From positions 1 to 64,000 of the forward strand of contig JALMLS010000311.1 in assembly GCA_038496445.1 (NCBI GenBank): a stretch of 64,000 bases of DNA. The letters run 5' to 3'. The notes beneath the pieces were generated by a model that was not told where the DNA came from, ran no database searches, and saw nothing but the letters and a program-made list of their open reading frames with translations. The stretch comes from Trichosphaerium sp. ATCC 40318. Taxonomy: Eukaryota; Protista; Tubulinea. Position 1 is the first letter of the stretch, and every line of letters begins with the position of its first letter. The position numbers and the translations under genes are program-made. This document shows, in pieces, positions 23,301 through 36,959 of this stretch.

Positions 23301-26300
23301 CAGCTGTGCTGGTACAACAACTTCATCTATTTTGGAACGTCAGGAAAATTATTTCATAGGTTTTAACATTTACCTGTACTGAAGTGATAGATACATTCTA
23401 AGTTACCACTAGCATCAGATATCAACTCGTTTAGCTCTAACTCTAATACAGGTAAAAGAGCTTTATCTGATTGAAAGAATTCCACTGCCAACTTATTAGG
23501 CTGTACACTCTCAATTTCTAATCACATTGTTAAATAAAAGTATAGTTACGAGAAACAATACGTACCTGGGCAAGAAGAGTCAAAGCTGATAAACTCATCG
23601 CAAGTGTCGGTACTGTTTATACATCTTGGTGTATCAGAGAGGCATAGAGTACAACCTCCTACGGCAACACAAGAAGAACATGATGGTTCAGTAGGACATG
23701 CTTCATAAGATACACGGAATTCTAGAATAAAAAAAAAAGGATGAGTGTCTGTCAAACAGTGCAAAAAAAGAATTCTTGGACACTTACTGCTTGACAAGTC
23801 ACCAGATGTGGAGTTCAGAGTCAAAAATCCTGAAACTGTTTCAGTAACATTAACAAATCTTGGTGTTTCACAGATAGCTTGGACTGCATTTCCTGTAGTA
23901 GCTGTCACTTCATAGATCTCACTACCAGCTTCGAATACACAACTCTCCAAACCCTCAAAGTTGTGTGTGACTACTAGTGAATAACCTCCTTGTGGTGATA
24001 ATCTTGTCCGAGATAAAGATCTTATACCTGCAACAAGTAAGACACAAACACATCCAACAATATACGGACCGCAATTAGTCAATACAGTACTAAGACAAGT
24101 CCCAGTGTCACCATCTTCTCTTGCGAAACATAGAGAAGAATCAGAGCAATATCTACATTCTGTATACTCAAAGTCTGTGTCTTCTAAGCAGCTAGAACAT
24201 GCAGTAGATTGAGCGTTACATGTGTAGAATCGCAATTGCGAGTCATAGATACTCACTATGCCACCATTAGCCTTGACAGCAACATCAACATCTCGGAATC
24301 GAGTAATGGCAGCATCATTCTTTGCAAGACATTGTATTGTGTTGTTTCCAATGAATGTAGCATTAACAGGTTGTCCATCGATTACGCACTGTGAAGTAGA
24401 GTTAACGGAGTGCAAATGTTAGTGTTTTCTTACTTGGTAGTCTGTCCAGCTTTCGCTCACTTTATCCATCTGTATAGATATTGTAGCTCCCAAAAGGAAG
24501 GTGTAAACAGCAGGAGGAGTGATTGACAGTATACCTACATTGTTTTTAACTTAATTCTATTTGTTTTCAGCTCGTACTTGGACATGTTACATCAGTGAGT
24601 TCTGGCTTATCTGATTTATAGTGACACTTAGCATTGGCTTCATCGAACACTAGCACGTGGAAGTTAACTCATTGATAAAATGTAGGCATATCATTTAATA
24701 ACTTACCACAGATTGAATACGAACTACAACTTGAACACGATGTCAAAGAATCACAATCTGTAAAAAAAACCAAAGTAAGCTTCTTTAGTTAACACTATTA
24801 AGTCATTGATTACCGTATAGAGTAAAGTCTATGCCATTTGATACAAAGGGTGTGCCACCATAATTCACACTTAGGTTTATTTTTTCTGTAAGTATAATGT
24901 AAGTCATAAAACAAACTCGTTTGCTATATTTTTTTTTACAAATCAAATAAAACAAAAGCCTTTCAGTACCTTCTCCAGTTGGTAGTGATATATTTTCTCT
25001 GGTTACATTCCCCGCACACAATACTGTATTACCTTGCTGTGTACCTGGTAGTGATAATTTACTACCAAACTCACAGGTCAAAGGACCTCTACTTGGATCA
25101 AGTAAAGACAAGAAAACTAGATTATCGCCCAGCAACAAAACTGATAGTTGAGTGGATTCACTGATAGCTGCAGAAGAAGGAGATGCACTTTCTAAAGCAC
25201 CACAAGCAAATGAGTCCTAATATCAAATAAACAAAAAGAAGCAGTAGTAACCAAAAACTACTAGTACCTCTAAAAACGCTCCTTGTAGACTCTCACAAGT
25301 TCGTTTAGTTGAATCACTGTTTGTGATACAACTTAATGTTCTCGTACAGTACGCACAATCTGGTGCGTCTATTAAGCAGCTTGAGCAACTACCGTTTCCT
25401 CTGGTTGAACAATCATAGTAGTCAATGGTGATAGGATCAAAGAGTGGCGTTAAGCCGTATGATATTGTCAAAGTTCCAGGACCTGCCTCGGCTCGAAGTA
25501 GTGTCTCGCAAGTGACTACACGAGGATTCGAAAAATCAATGACAGCTGCGCTCAACTGGGAAGAACCTTCAAAACTACAAAGAAGTGATGCTTTTGTTGG
25601 ATCATTCCACAGAGGTGCTAGTTATTGTAAATAAATAGTAAACAGGGTATTAATACCTTTGGTGGTAATTATTATGGAAGTACCGCCGCCTATACTCGCA
25701 CTGATAGGTAAAGAAGCAGGTGTGACTAAGTAATGTGAGACAAGATTGGTACAACACAAAAACGCACAAGATACAGATTTAGACCAAAACATGTTGTCAC
25801 CACAATCAATTGCTGCTGTGCAACTTCCTGCTAGTTGTGAAGATCCACTCTGATTAATACACCAACCACTACGAAAATAGTGAGTATAAGGCGTGAATAA
25901 AAGGCGTACCAATATGCCTTGTCCTTAGACACACATTCTTCAGGTGTAGCAAATAGCCCACAATCTAAAAGGTTTCAGTTTTGCTTACAATTATTTCAAA
26001 AAAACCCAATAACTACCTGATAGCGATATGGACACTATGTTATCAGTTATTACATGAACAACATGTTTCGCCTTATTGAACAGAATACCATAACTACCTA
26101 TTGGTACATCAAGTCTCCAGACAGGCTCTCTTTTTGAAAAACAAAACATTAGAATTGATTTTTTGGCTTTATAATTCCTTACTTATCAAAGTCAAATCCA
26201 TCATATCTAAATACGGCGTTGACACTCTCATCACGAACAAACAACTGATCTGTTTCTTTATCATAAATAAACGGCGGGCCTCGATTCTCCAAGAGCGCTC

Positions 26301-27688
26301 TGTCAGAGAGAGATTCTACAGAAGATCGCTTGAAGTGGATACTTAGAATAAAAAATCACTCATGTAGAATAAGTTTGCACGTACACCTTCAAAACTGAGC
26401 GAGTCACTCACATTTCTACGTATTAAACCTCTTATAATAGGTGCATCAATTCTTACACGTTTTATGAATCCACCAACACCAGCAATAATATATTCATTGT
26501 TTGTTGATACCATGGCACCGGTTGGTACAAATGATGCTAGTTCAGACTCCAAGGTTACAATAGCTGTTGCATTATCATTTGTAGGATCATCAATTGTAGT
26601 ATCATAAATTGTGTAGACCTCATCAATTTGATCACAGTATGTAACAACTAAACAATAAAAAGTAAGCACGCCAAGACTTTTGCTAAGAAATGATTGGCAT
26701 GCGTACAAAAGTCTTCCATAAATGCTGTAGCGAAGGAACCCAGAAGCCTGCAACCACACCCAGCAGTGATTCTGTTATAAAGATCCTCAACCACCCAATC
26801 ATCCTCGCCCTACAAAATAACGTTATTTGTTTTTTAATTTTCATTTCATTTTTGTACCCATTTTATACGATACATATGCGAGCGATCACCAAATGTCAAG
26901 AAACGAACGTATAAGTAATCACCAAATTCCTTTGCATCGTCAATATTAAGTTAAATTTTCTTTCGATAAAAAAAAAAAAAAAAAAGCCTTTTGACAAATC
27001 TCTCGTTGTCATAACTAACCTGAGAGCCAATTATTTCAAAATTGGTGGGAATGCAAGTGGAGCTGTTTGTTGTATCGAAATCTTGACTGAATACTAATTC
27101 TGGCGTTATTGTACCTGTTGATCATCAAAACGTATTAGGTAAAGAAATGGCCAATTAATAAAAACGTTTACTTATTTCCTTCACGCGTGATATAGGTGTT
27201 GCTCTTATGTTTACTGTAATTGTTGGTGTTTCAATATTCTCAATCTCGTACTCGAACAAAAACTCGGTGTTTTCTACCATGCAACGTTAATTGCGCGTAC
27301 AATATTGCTTTGCGTACCTCCTTTAAAGGGTATTGACCCAATATGAAGTCCAAAGTACTTTGTTACGTTCGGTTGAGCTATGTAGAGTTAGATGAGGCGC
27401 TTGGCACAACTTGCTTGCTACACCTGTAAAAAAAAACGTACTAGTTCTAATTTCTTGCGCAACAAGCTCAGAAGATCTACAATCTGTGCACGCTCCCATA
27501 GTTATACGTCCATCCACCTTCATTTTAAATAGTTCACCAGTCGTAGCAATAGCGTATTCATCTATACCGTTGATACTTTTGAAAGCGAGGGTAGTAGAAG
27601 TTATGCTTGGCATAGGGGTGGTGTAAATTGCAATAATACCAACGACATACAGCGCGCCAATAACACACGCACGCCAGAAGACGCTCAT
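20353..27688 (-). CDS. Type I membrane receptor: signal peptide, beta-rich N-domain, about 7 alternating PSI-like and IPT/TIG-like modules, TM helix, cytoplasmic RasGAP (plexin-like)
   Basis: Signal MSVFWRACVIGALYVVGIIA; Cys modules such as CSSYGTSCGACIGGSEGVCNFC and CTEGTSSCGECLAQNTKGKACEWC; IPT-like PLSGGPGTVVNI...CDFG...LTCIVPP; TM WAYIIIAVLVLLLIAAIIIAIII-RRKRRR; RasGAP motifs LFRSESIASK and GGFIFLRFICPAISTP. Confidence 0.85.
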
Positions 27689-27803
27689 GGTCGCAATATA
27701 AGTGTAACTGCCAAATAGAGTTGTTTGTTGGTATTTTAAGTTCAGGTACGCGCCAAAGTCGTATCCTCTAAGGCAGCTTTTTTTTTGGAGTCAACCGCTC
27801 GAG

Positions 27804-30791
27804 ATGGCGGGCAATAAAGTGTATGACATAGGAGAGACATTAGAGAAACACAGAATTATACTCAAATTGGCGAACAAGGTCTTTGGGACTTACAAAAGTT
27901 GGAATTTGTTTGCACTGCACGAGAAATACTTCTTTTGCATCAGCGACAACGAAATTCACGTCTTACGCAAAGATTTGCTGGTAAAGGGTGACACTACAAC
28001 CTCACAGGTTAGAAATGCCCTAGTACGCGAATAACACGTTGTAGAAAATCATACCACAGACCCCGCTCGATTTTTCAATTACTGGCATCAAAATTAACTG
28101 CGATGGCCGAGTAATCGCCATACATGGTAACCCATGCGTTGGTACAACGAAATGCTGACATGATTTAGGTAACCAAGAATGCCACATAATAAAACTTGGC
28201 AGTCCCGCCAAAGTTGCTTTGGACAACGGAGATCCAATAGTGATAATAAGCAACCACCAAATGCGGTTTGTAACAGGTAAATAACAAAAATTTTTTGAAT
28301 ATATTTTTTTAAACCGTCTACCACGCTTTGCGCTTGTTACTCATATTTAACATTACATAGCGCCATTTTTCCGTCAAGTATCTTGGCATCCTACTTCATT
28401 TAAACACCTACAGTTCCTCACAAAGAATAATACGTTCCTTACATACGATATAACGCAGAACATAAACGGACACGAGCAAATGTACTTTCTAGATCGTATG
28501 GGTTTTAATCAAGATGCTGTACGATTTCAGGTTGGTGCTTCTCGAGAGCCAAGGTACCCTCATTTTCAAATGTAACAATTGTGGCTGATGAAAACAAAGT
28601 TGGGACCATTTTACTGTATATTTTATGACAAGTTATGGTGATGTGTATGCTCTCAGCCCTGTTTTTCCTTTCAACTGGTACGGCTTTCTTTGTTGTTGCT
28701 TACCTTTAGTTTAAACATTTGCTCATGATCATGTCCTTTAGTGTTGTTGAGAGGGAGTTCTTAACATTCCTCCAAGAAGACGAGGAGGCACGGCTCAAAG
28801 GTTTGTTCGAATCTCCATCTGTAGTACCACAAAAGAGGTTTGCCGAAAATGGTACACAGCCAATGCACAGTTGTGCTTTACCAGTTGTTGTTAAAAATAT
28901 AATTATAGAGGAGACAATTAGATGGTTATCTCAAATGCAAGGCATATACGAAGACACATTGCCAGAGAACATAATCCGTACGGCACCTGGTTTTTTTCAT
29001 GTTATTTTCGTAAAAAAAATCCACGTGACTGGTTTTTAGGCACCGAATTTATTACCTCTGGCGTCATTAAAAGTCCTGGAAAACCAGTTATGCAAGGACC
29101 ATTAACAGTTGGCTTTAAATCTTTAAACGGCAAAAGAAAGAATCGAGATATTAAATATGCCTTGAGTAGTTTGAGTACAACACCAGGCGTTGTTATTAGA
29201 TGCAGTTCTGATGGTATCGTTGAAATTTTACTTCGAGTAAAGGAGTTGTCACCAAGATGGGCAAGCTCTATACCTGGAGAAGATGACTACGATGAAGGTA
29301 GCGAGAGACAACTCGTTTACTTTGAGCGTATTGAACTTAAAACAATGGTATGCAACTTAGCCATTATTTTGGAGTGCCTTTTTTTGAATAATGCTGAGAC
29401 ACTTTTGTAGAGTGACTCATATAAAATGGCACCTGTTATAATACCAGATCTTGTGATGGATCAAGTTGGTACGGTTTCAGATCACGTTCAACTTCAATTG
29501 GCTTATATGTTTACTAGTGTTTATTGTTACTGGTGTTGGTGTACATAAGCTCACGTTCCCATGGCTGTTTCCATTAGCGAAAGCAATTAAAAACGACGTG
29601 AGCCTTTTTTTGTCATTTTCTTTTGCGTCTGTTTTTGTTCTGACGCTCGAGCACAGGGGCTAATATCTAATCTTCCAAAAACAATTGTTACTTATCTTGT
29701 TGATATAATGCCACATGCTGGTTATGACTGTTCTTCTGTTCTTGGTAGTGTAGCATGGAATTGGCCTGGATATGAACCTGGTAAATATTCGATTATTTAC
29801 ATTTGCAATTGTTACTTAACAAAATTGTTTTAGGTGTTGCTATACGTCTTGATGGATGTCTTATAGCTATAAAAACACGTGATGATGCTGCAGACAATTT
29901 TGAAAAGGTGTTAGCGGACGATAAGCTAGTTTTAAACGTCGAAAAGACTCCTCTTGCCAAACCAACATTTGACATGCCACGTATTGTCATTAAAAAGGAA
30001 AGAACTATTACGGAAGGTCTCTCTGATAGGAAAGCAGTAAAGGCTATGATGGATGTAATACAAAAAATGGGTGACGGGATCAATAACCTTGAAACAAACA
30101 GGAATATAGCGGAAAATAGGCTGCAGCTTTTGGGACAAAGGTTGCATCATGATAAAACAAGAGCTAAAGATGTAAATGAAAGTTATAACAAACTAGAACA
30201 GAGACAAAGGGAAATATCTTCTAAGATAGTATCGGTTCAGAATAATCAAGAAACTTTGAATTCCAAGCTGAGAGTACGCTTTATTTTTTTGTCGATTTTG
30301 GTTTTTTTTGGTTTTTATTTAGAGTGAGGTTTGACCTTTTAATAGACTTTACACAAAAAAGCGCATATGCTAAGCTCTGAGATTACTCCTGCAGAAAAGA
30401 ATTACTTTACTACATTAGCTTTGCTGAAGCGTAGGGTGGATGAAGAATTTTCGGAAGCTATAAGACTTGTATGTTTCATCCTTTTAGTTTTTTTTTTGCT
30501 TTGCTTACCGTGTTTATAGTCAGAGCGAAGTATAGCAGAAGCAAAAGGTGCACCTCAGGTAGGTATACCTGGTTTGGTAGGAATCAATCAAGAATCTCTT
30601 GCTAAGATCAATCCTTTGATCCTAGAGCAGTATCCTAAAAGAGAACTTCTAAATGTTTTTTTTTTTTTTGTTTTTCTGGAAATGTACCTCCACGCTTTTT
30701 TTTCCTTAACGATTAAAGAACACGCATGCTACAAGACCTGGTTGATAATGTAAATGATCTAAAGGGAAAAATAGCTCAACTCACTATCTAG
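27804..30791 (+). CDS. Nup88/Nup82-like nucleoporin (beta-propeller plus C-terminal coiled coil); multi-exon
   Basis: SWHPTS...TVPHKE/LT region, WDHFTVYFMTSYGDVYALSPVFPF (Nup88-type block), and a coiled-coil region in ORF 29803-30327; ends TAG 30791. Confidence 0.65.
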
Positions 30792-31283
30792 GCTGATTTT
30801 TTTTGAGTCAAGAGCAACAACCACCAAAAAGCACCGGAAAAATAAGCAAGTTGTAAATAAAACGTTTGTCGTTCCAAAAAATAAGCGTGTTATTTTTATT
30901 TATGTCCATGGTATGTACCTTTTAGTACGCGCACTCACTGTCCTATTAGGCCTTTCTAGCATTTGTTTAGACACGTTTGTGTTTTTAGGAAGAATCACAC
31001 TCCCACTAATTTGGCTTTTCTTTGGGCCTTGTCCCTTACACGTAGCAGCGCTGTAATGAATCATGGTAGGAATACCCTTCTTTTATCACGTGCGCAATAC
31101 CCGAATATTCCCTGAGATACGTTAAAACTATTCAGGAGGAGCACTCCGGGTCTGTTTTTTTGTATCACAGCCGTTTTCACTATTTTTGAAGCCTTTCCTA
31201 AACGCAACTTTTTGTTTGAAACCAAAACCAAATAGTAGCTTGTTAAGACTTAACTCTACGTTTGGATTATTGGAGTGCATGTT

Positions 31284-34200
31284 ATGATGAGCACAAAGGA
31301 CGCCCAAGGGCGTACTATGACGGCTATAAAACGCCACGACTTGAAAGTTAAATTCTCAAAGCTACAAAAAAAGGTACCACGTGACAAGTGTTGGGTTGTT
31401 TAGGTTCTCACGATGATTCCGCGTTTATCTAGACGTTCGAAAATTGGATAAACTACACTATTGGAGAAAATGTTGTTACAGATCTATTTGTAGACCTACA
31501 GAATGGGTACATACTTTAATCAGTTACCTTGCCGTAGTTTTTATTTGTGAAAATAATTTTTCTAATTTTTTTGGCTAGAAGCATTCTAGTTGATGTACTG
31601 GAAAAAACGAGCGGTAAACGCATCAGCGTTAATGAAACCAAACGGTTAAAGGTAAGTACAAACCCCGTACTTACTAATTTTTTAATTGAATGAATCCCTT
31701 TGCTTCCTACTCACGTGTATACTCATAGGACCGTAATGAAGACGCAGCTAATATTACCAACTTGACAGTACCAGACAAACTGGTCGATTTTTCTCGCCTT
31801 GCAGTTCTCAATACGGCATTCAAGTTTATGAAGGAAGAGATGCATTTAAAGTTTAAATTTGTTGCGAAAGGTAAGTACTTATTTGATAACAATGAAAAAA
31901 AAAAAACACGAACGAAACGAAAAAACTATCCAGATTATTGGTACTTCTGTCCAAAAAAAACAAAAAAAATTATTTACACCTCCACGTGACCTTTTGAATC
32001 TTTTTTTTTTTTTCATTATCGGTTAAAAACACAGTTTGCCAATTGGTGCCTTGTGGGTTTTCGTTTGACATTGTAAAAACTAATCAAAAAATATTAGATA
32101 TTCTAGAAGGTAATAATGATGCTATACTACAATTAATGTGGAGATTGGTCGAATATACACATCTTACAAGGAAAAAATTGGATAAATACAAACTAAGAGA
32201 CTTTGTAAAAGGAAGAGTATCCATCTACTCTGTATCCTTTTCCAACTTCGATAGGAGTTGGCAAGACGGTAGATTATTCTGTGCTCTTGTACATTCATTG
32301 GATACTACATTATTTACATTCCAAGATTACGAGAAAGTACGTCATTCAATGGGGAAGAGAATCCACTTAAAACAAATAGAGTTCCCCCTTTAGATTCGAA
32401 AATAGTTTTTTTTTGTTTTATGAGTTTATGTTAATATCATTTTGTAGCGTGACCCTTTGGATCGTCTCAATCAAGCTTTTTTTGTAGCTGAGCAGTACCA
32501 TAATATTCCCCCATTGCTCGACGCAAAAATTATTACAGAAACAAAAGCAGATACACGCTCTATAAAGACGTACTTATCTTTATTCATGGATTTGCGAATG
32601 AAAAAGCTTGATGAACAGCCAGAAAAAAGGACTCCAGAGAAACGTCATGAACCTGTACAATTATCTTTTGAGGCCAGAGAGGTTTGTTACACGTATGACG
32701 CTTTTTTTTATTAACATACTAACCTCTAGAACTCAAATTCTGAAAATAATTCTCAAAAATCAGACAAGTCAGAAAAATCGAACAAATCTGATAAAGAAAA
32801 GGTTGTACGACCTACTCCTGCAAATGGTGCTGTACCACCGGTAGTACCACCTCCTTGTCCGCCTGTAAAGATGATACCAAGACTGACAAAAATACCTCCA
32901 CCACCAAGCACCAAGAGACCTTCTGCATTTTCTACACCGCCACCTCGTGTTTCGCCTAGACCACCTGCTCCTCCACCTGGAAAACCACCTTCGTATGCTT
33001 TCCGAAAAGTTGTTTTCACAAACGTCAAACGTCAACAAGGAAGCCTCGCTTCTAGTGCACCAGCAGCTCCTGAGGTGCCAAGAACACGTCCTTCAAGACC
33101 TCTATCTGTGGCTATAGATGCATTATCAACGGAACCTGGTGATGCACGACACTCTTTACCTAAAGAAGCCAGACAAAAGCGACCAGTATCTATGATATAT
33201 TCAGCTGATCACGCTGAAGAAATGAAGAAATTCTCACCACCTCGAGCACATAAATCGGGACAACGGCCTCAATCCCCACGTAGAAGACGTGTTTCAGACT
33301 CTCCTACACGGACAACGCGTTCAGGATCCCCCGGAAGACAAAGACCAAGTTCACCAGGAAGGCGGAGGCCAAGCTCGCCACAAAGGCAACGGCAAGGATC
33401 ACCAAATTCAAGCAAACAAAGAGCACCGTCTCCTGGTAGATCTCGTTCACCTGGAAGAAGGAGACAGAGTGATTCATCTACAAAACGAGGGCGTTCTAAT
33501 TCGAATGGGAAAACTAGGGAGCTCAATTTTAGTGTTACACCAATTTCTGCAACTTCAAACGCTCGCAAGAAAATGAGACGACCTAATTCTGTTGTGTTCT
33601 CAGCAGCACCTGCTTCTTCTTCGGCACATGTCAGGTTCGGTGTTGAAAGTATACCTGAGAAGAAAAGAGATCCAAACAGTGCTAAAGCATTGAGGAGAAG
33701 AAACAGTGAAGGAGATAAAAGGTTCATGATAACTTCACGAGGTAATGCTTTTTTTGTAACCTTCACTGATAGAATCTTCTCTTTGTTCAAACCCTACTAG
33801 GTCATAGAGGAAAAGGCGCTCATGGTCATAGTAAACATCAAAAGCATAAACCACGTGCTAGTAAAACGCCTCGCAGAGCACATTCAAAGGTACTTTTATT
33901 CAACGTAATGTGAAATGCAAGAAAGAAAGAATTTGACTTTGGTGTTTTGGTTTTTTTTTACATTTTTTTTGGAGTACACGTGAACAAAATCCACTGAAAA
34001 AAAAATAAACCACCAGAGAAAATTGCCATGAGGCGCAAGAGAGGTTACAGACGTAGCTTGTTTTTGGTATCGAAACTCTTCTGATTAAATTTCTGTTCTT
34101 CATCTATCAATTGGCTCAAAATACCCTTTTGACTAACACACGTTAGGCAAAACTTGGAAAGAGCTCTTCAGGTGGCGGTGCACACATGCTCAGGTACGAA

Positions 34201-36677
34201 ATTAAAAATATACTACCTTGTAGAGATAGTGGGCGCTCGTACATAGTATTAATTCCAAATAGAGCAACACACAGTGCTGGTACATCTTCGTCAAAAAGTG
34301 GGGTTGGAAACGGCTACTCTACTGTAAATTTGGGCAATCTGGGTCCAATACCACCAGGTAGTGAATTTGGAACGCTAGCGCGTCTATTATCACATGATAA
34401 AAAAGCGTACGTTGAATTTTATATAAATTGGTAATGAAAAATCACGTGCTTGGATACGATATGGGTTTATCGTTTTGGGTTTTTTTTTCTGTATAATAAT
34501 GTTGAGTTGTGTACACTTTTTGTTTGTTTGTGTGCATACTCTGATATTATTTACCAGGCGTAAACGTGTTCATTCCATGGGCGTTAAAAATCTCAACGCA
34601 GAGGGTCGTCCATCAATGTTTTTTGCGTTAACATCAAAGGAAGAGAGTACGCTTCTTTTTTGGCTTTTTATATGATTATTAACTTATTTGGATGACGTTA
34701 TAATGAACTAATATTTTCTCCGTAATAGAATACTGGGAGGAAAACAATGCTAAGCTTCTAAAGGTTCAAAGTGTAGCTAGACGATTTTTAGCCATAAAAA
34801 TGAAGAAACGCCTTCGTAAGCAGATACAAGAGATTTTAAATCATTTATCGTATTATTAACATATCTCCAGGCGAGAGGAATAAGTGCGCAAAAGAGTTAT
34901 TGACCTCGGAAACAGCGTATATCGCTAATATAGATATAATAATTACAGTAAGTTCTTCAAAAATACCCTTGGAAAAAAAAAACGACTTAAGCTGGCTTGT
35001 GGCTGTGCTTGGTGTTTTCTTTTCCTCTCTCTGTTTGAAATAGACCACTAATATATCTTATTAGCATTACTTGAAGCCTTTGAGAAGTAAGGGAAATAAG
35101 ATGTTAAATGACATGGAGATAAAGGTAATTAACACTATTTATGATTATAGTTCTTCTTTAAATACTAACACTTTGAGCCACGTTCAGGCTATATTTAGTG
35201 AACTTCAAGTTATCAGAGCTTACAACCAAAAGCTTCATATTGAGCTTACTAACAAACTGAAGAATTGGCATTACTCATCTTGCATTGGAGAAGTTTTTTC
35301 GAAGAAGGGATTTGTAAGTACAATTGTTTCGATCTTGTTTTTTTGTCACGTGACTCCATCTGATTTTCTCCTATTTTAGTCTCAATACTTGAAGATTTAT
35401 ACCCAATACGTTAATAATTATGAAAGAGTACGTGGTTAAGCTATACGATGAACACTGTATTGATTTTTCTAACTATTGGTTAGGCTATATCGACGCTTAG
35501 TCAATGTAAGAAAAAAAATACAGATTTTAGAAATTTCCTGGATAAGACTGATGCAAACCCAGCTTGTAAGGGTTTGGGTCTTTCAGTACGTACTCTTCCA
35601 TACCTATATTTCATACTAATACCCTTATTAGCATTATTTAATTGTCCCAGTTCAACGTACAGTGATTTTTTTATCCATAAAAAAAAAGAATATTAAAAAC
35701 AAGAAATGCTAACAATCTGCCATAGGTATACCACGTTATGTCATGTTATTGGGGGTGCGGAGTTAATTAATATAATCTATTTACTTACAGCCTATTTCTA
35801 GAGTATTTTGAAATGTACACCAAAAGACCATCCTGACTATGGTACGTCCTTCTTTTTGTTTCTTTAATCAGTTTCCTTTTGTTTTTGTTTTTTTTTTGTA
35901 CTTTCTATTAACTTGTATGGTTAGCTGGAATAGAGAATTCCTTCAAGGATATGCAATTAACTGCTGAGTATGTAAACAACAAAAAGAGAGAAGCAGAACA
36001 GCTCGCTGAAATCCTTGTCGTCGAAGAAAAAATAACTGGTAAAGCTGTGGTAAGTGCTTGGTTGAGTTTTACGAACTTGGTGTGGCTAACACGTGACTTC
36101 CCTTTAGAAACTTGCTGCACCTCATAGACGGTTTATTCGCGAAGGTGAAATGAATATCATGACTGGCAAGAAGGAGAAGATGCATTACTGGTTCTTGTTT
36201 ACCGACCTAATCGTAGAAACAAAAGAAATCATCAGGTAATAATTTATTTTTGGCGAGTTGGAAGTGATTTTGTCCTAAGTTTCTTTTAAATTAGACGGGC
36301 AAGTATGCGTGGACTATGGAGTAATAGTGGGGCTAGCAACAAAAAGTATAAATTCGTAAATCAAATCAATATATCCCATGAGACTGTATGTGAAGTATTC
36401 CAATCTTTATCAGGCACGTGATAAAAAATATCCAAAAAAAAAAAAAGGCCATGCGCATGTTCTCTCTTGCTTACATTTATGTTTAGTTGTAATTGGATTC
36501 CGTGTAACTAATGGAGATACTGAATACATATTCTGTTGTAAGTCTGACGCACAAAGGTCAGAATGGTTAGAAGCAATACAAGGAACAATTGATACACTAA
36601 AGAAAAACAAATTTGCAAAAGAAAACGCAAATCATACCGAAGGAAATCAACAACCAACTACGCCTGTGGGAGGATAG
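31284..36677 (+). CDS. RhoGEF with tandem calponin-homology (actin-binding) domains, Pro/Arg/Ser-rich linker, IQ-like motif and DH-PH; multi-exon
   Basis: LQKKTFENWIN...DLFVDLQNG (CH1); NFDRSWQDGRLFCALVH (CH2); KVQSVARRFL (IQ-like); ELLTSETAYIANI, LKIYTQYVNNY, LIVPVQRIPRYVMLL (DH); RRFIREG...RSEWLEAIQ (PH). Confidence 0.9.
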
Positions 36678-36959
36678 AAAAAAAACAAACCAAAAGCGCT
36701 CAAAGCGAAAAAAAAAAGGAAAGTGTGTTAATATAATAGGTTAAAAGCTGTAAACAATATAAAAAAAAATCAAGATTAGAAAAAAGTAAGGTGTCAAGTC
36801 ACAATACGTCAGCAATTTCTTCAACAACATGCTACATACATAGTGTTCTCCCCTCTTGAAGATTGTAAGACGTTTTCAGTAACAAGGTGTGACGCTTGGG
36901 TAACTTAACTGAAAAACTCAACTAAGTACAGTCGGTCTTTTTGTACAGTTTTTTTTGGA

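Noticed and set aside
11205-30791. Two nucleoporin genes within 20 kb as a functional cluster
   Set aside because: Separated by four unrelated genes; compatible with chance in a compact genome.
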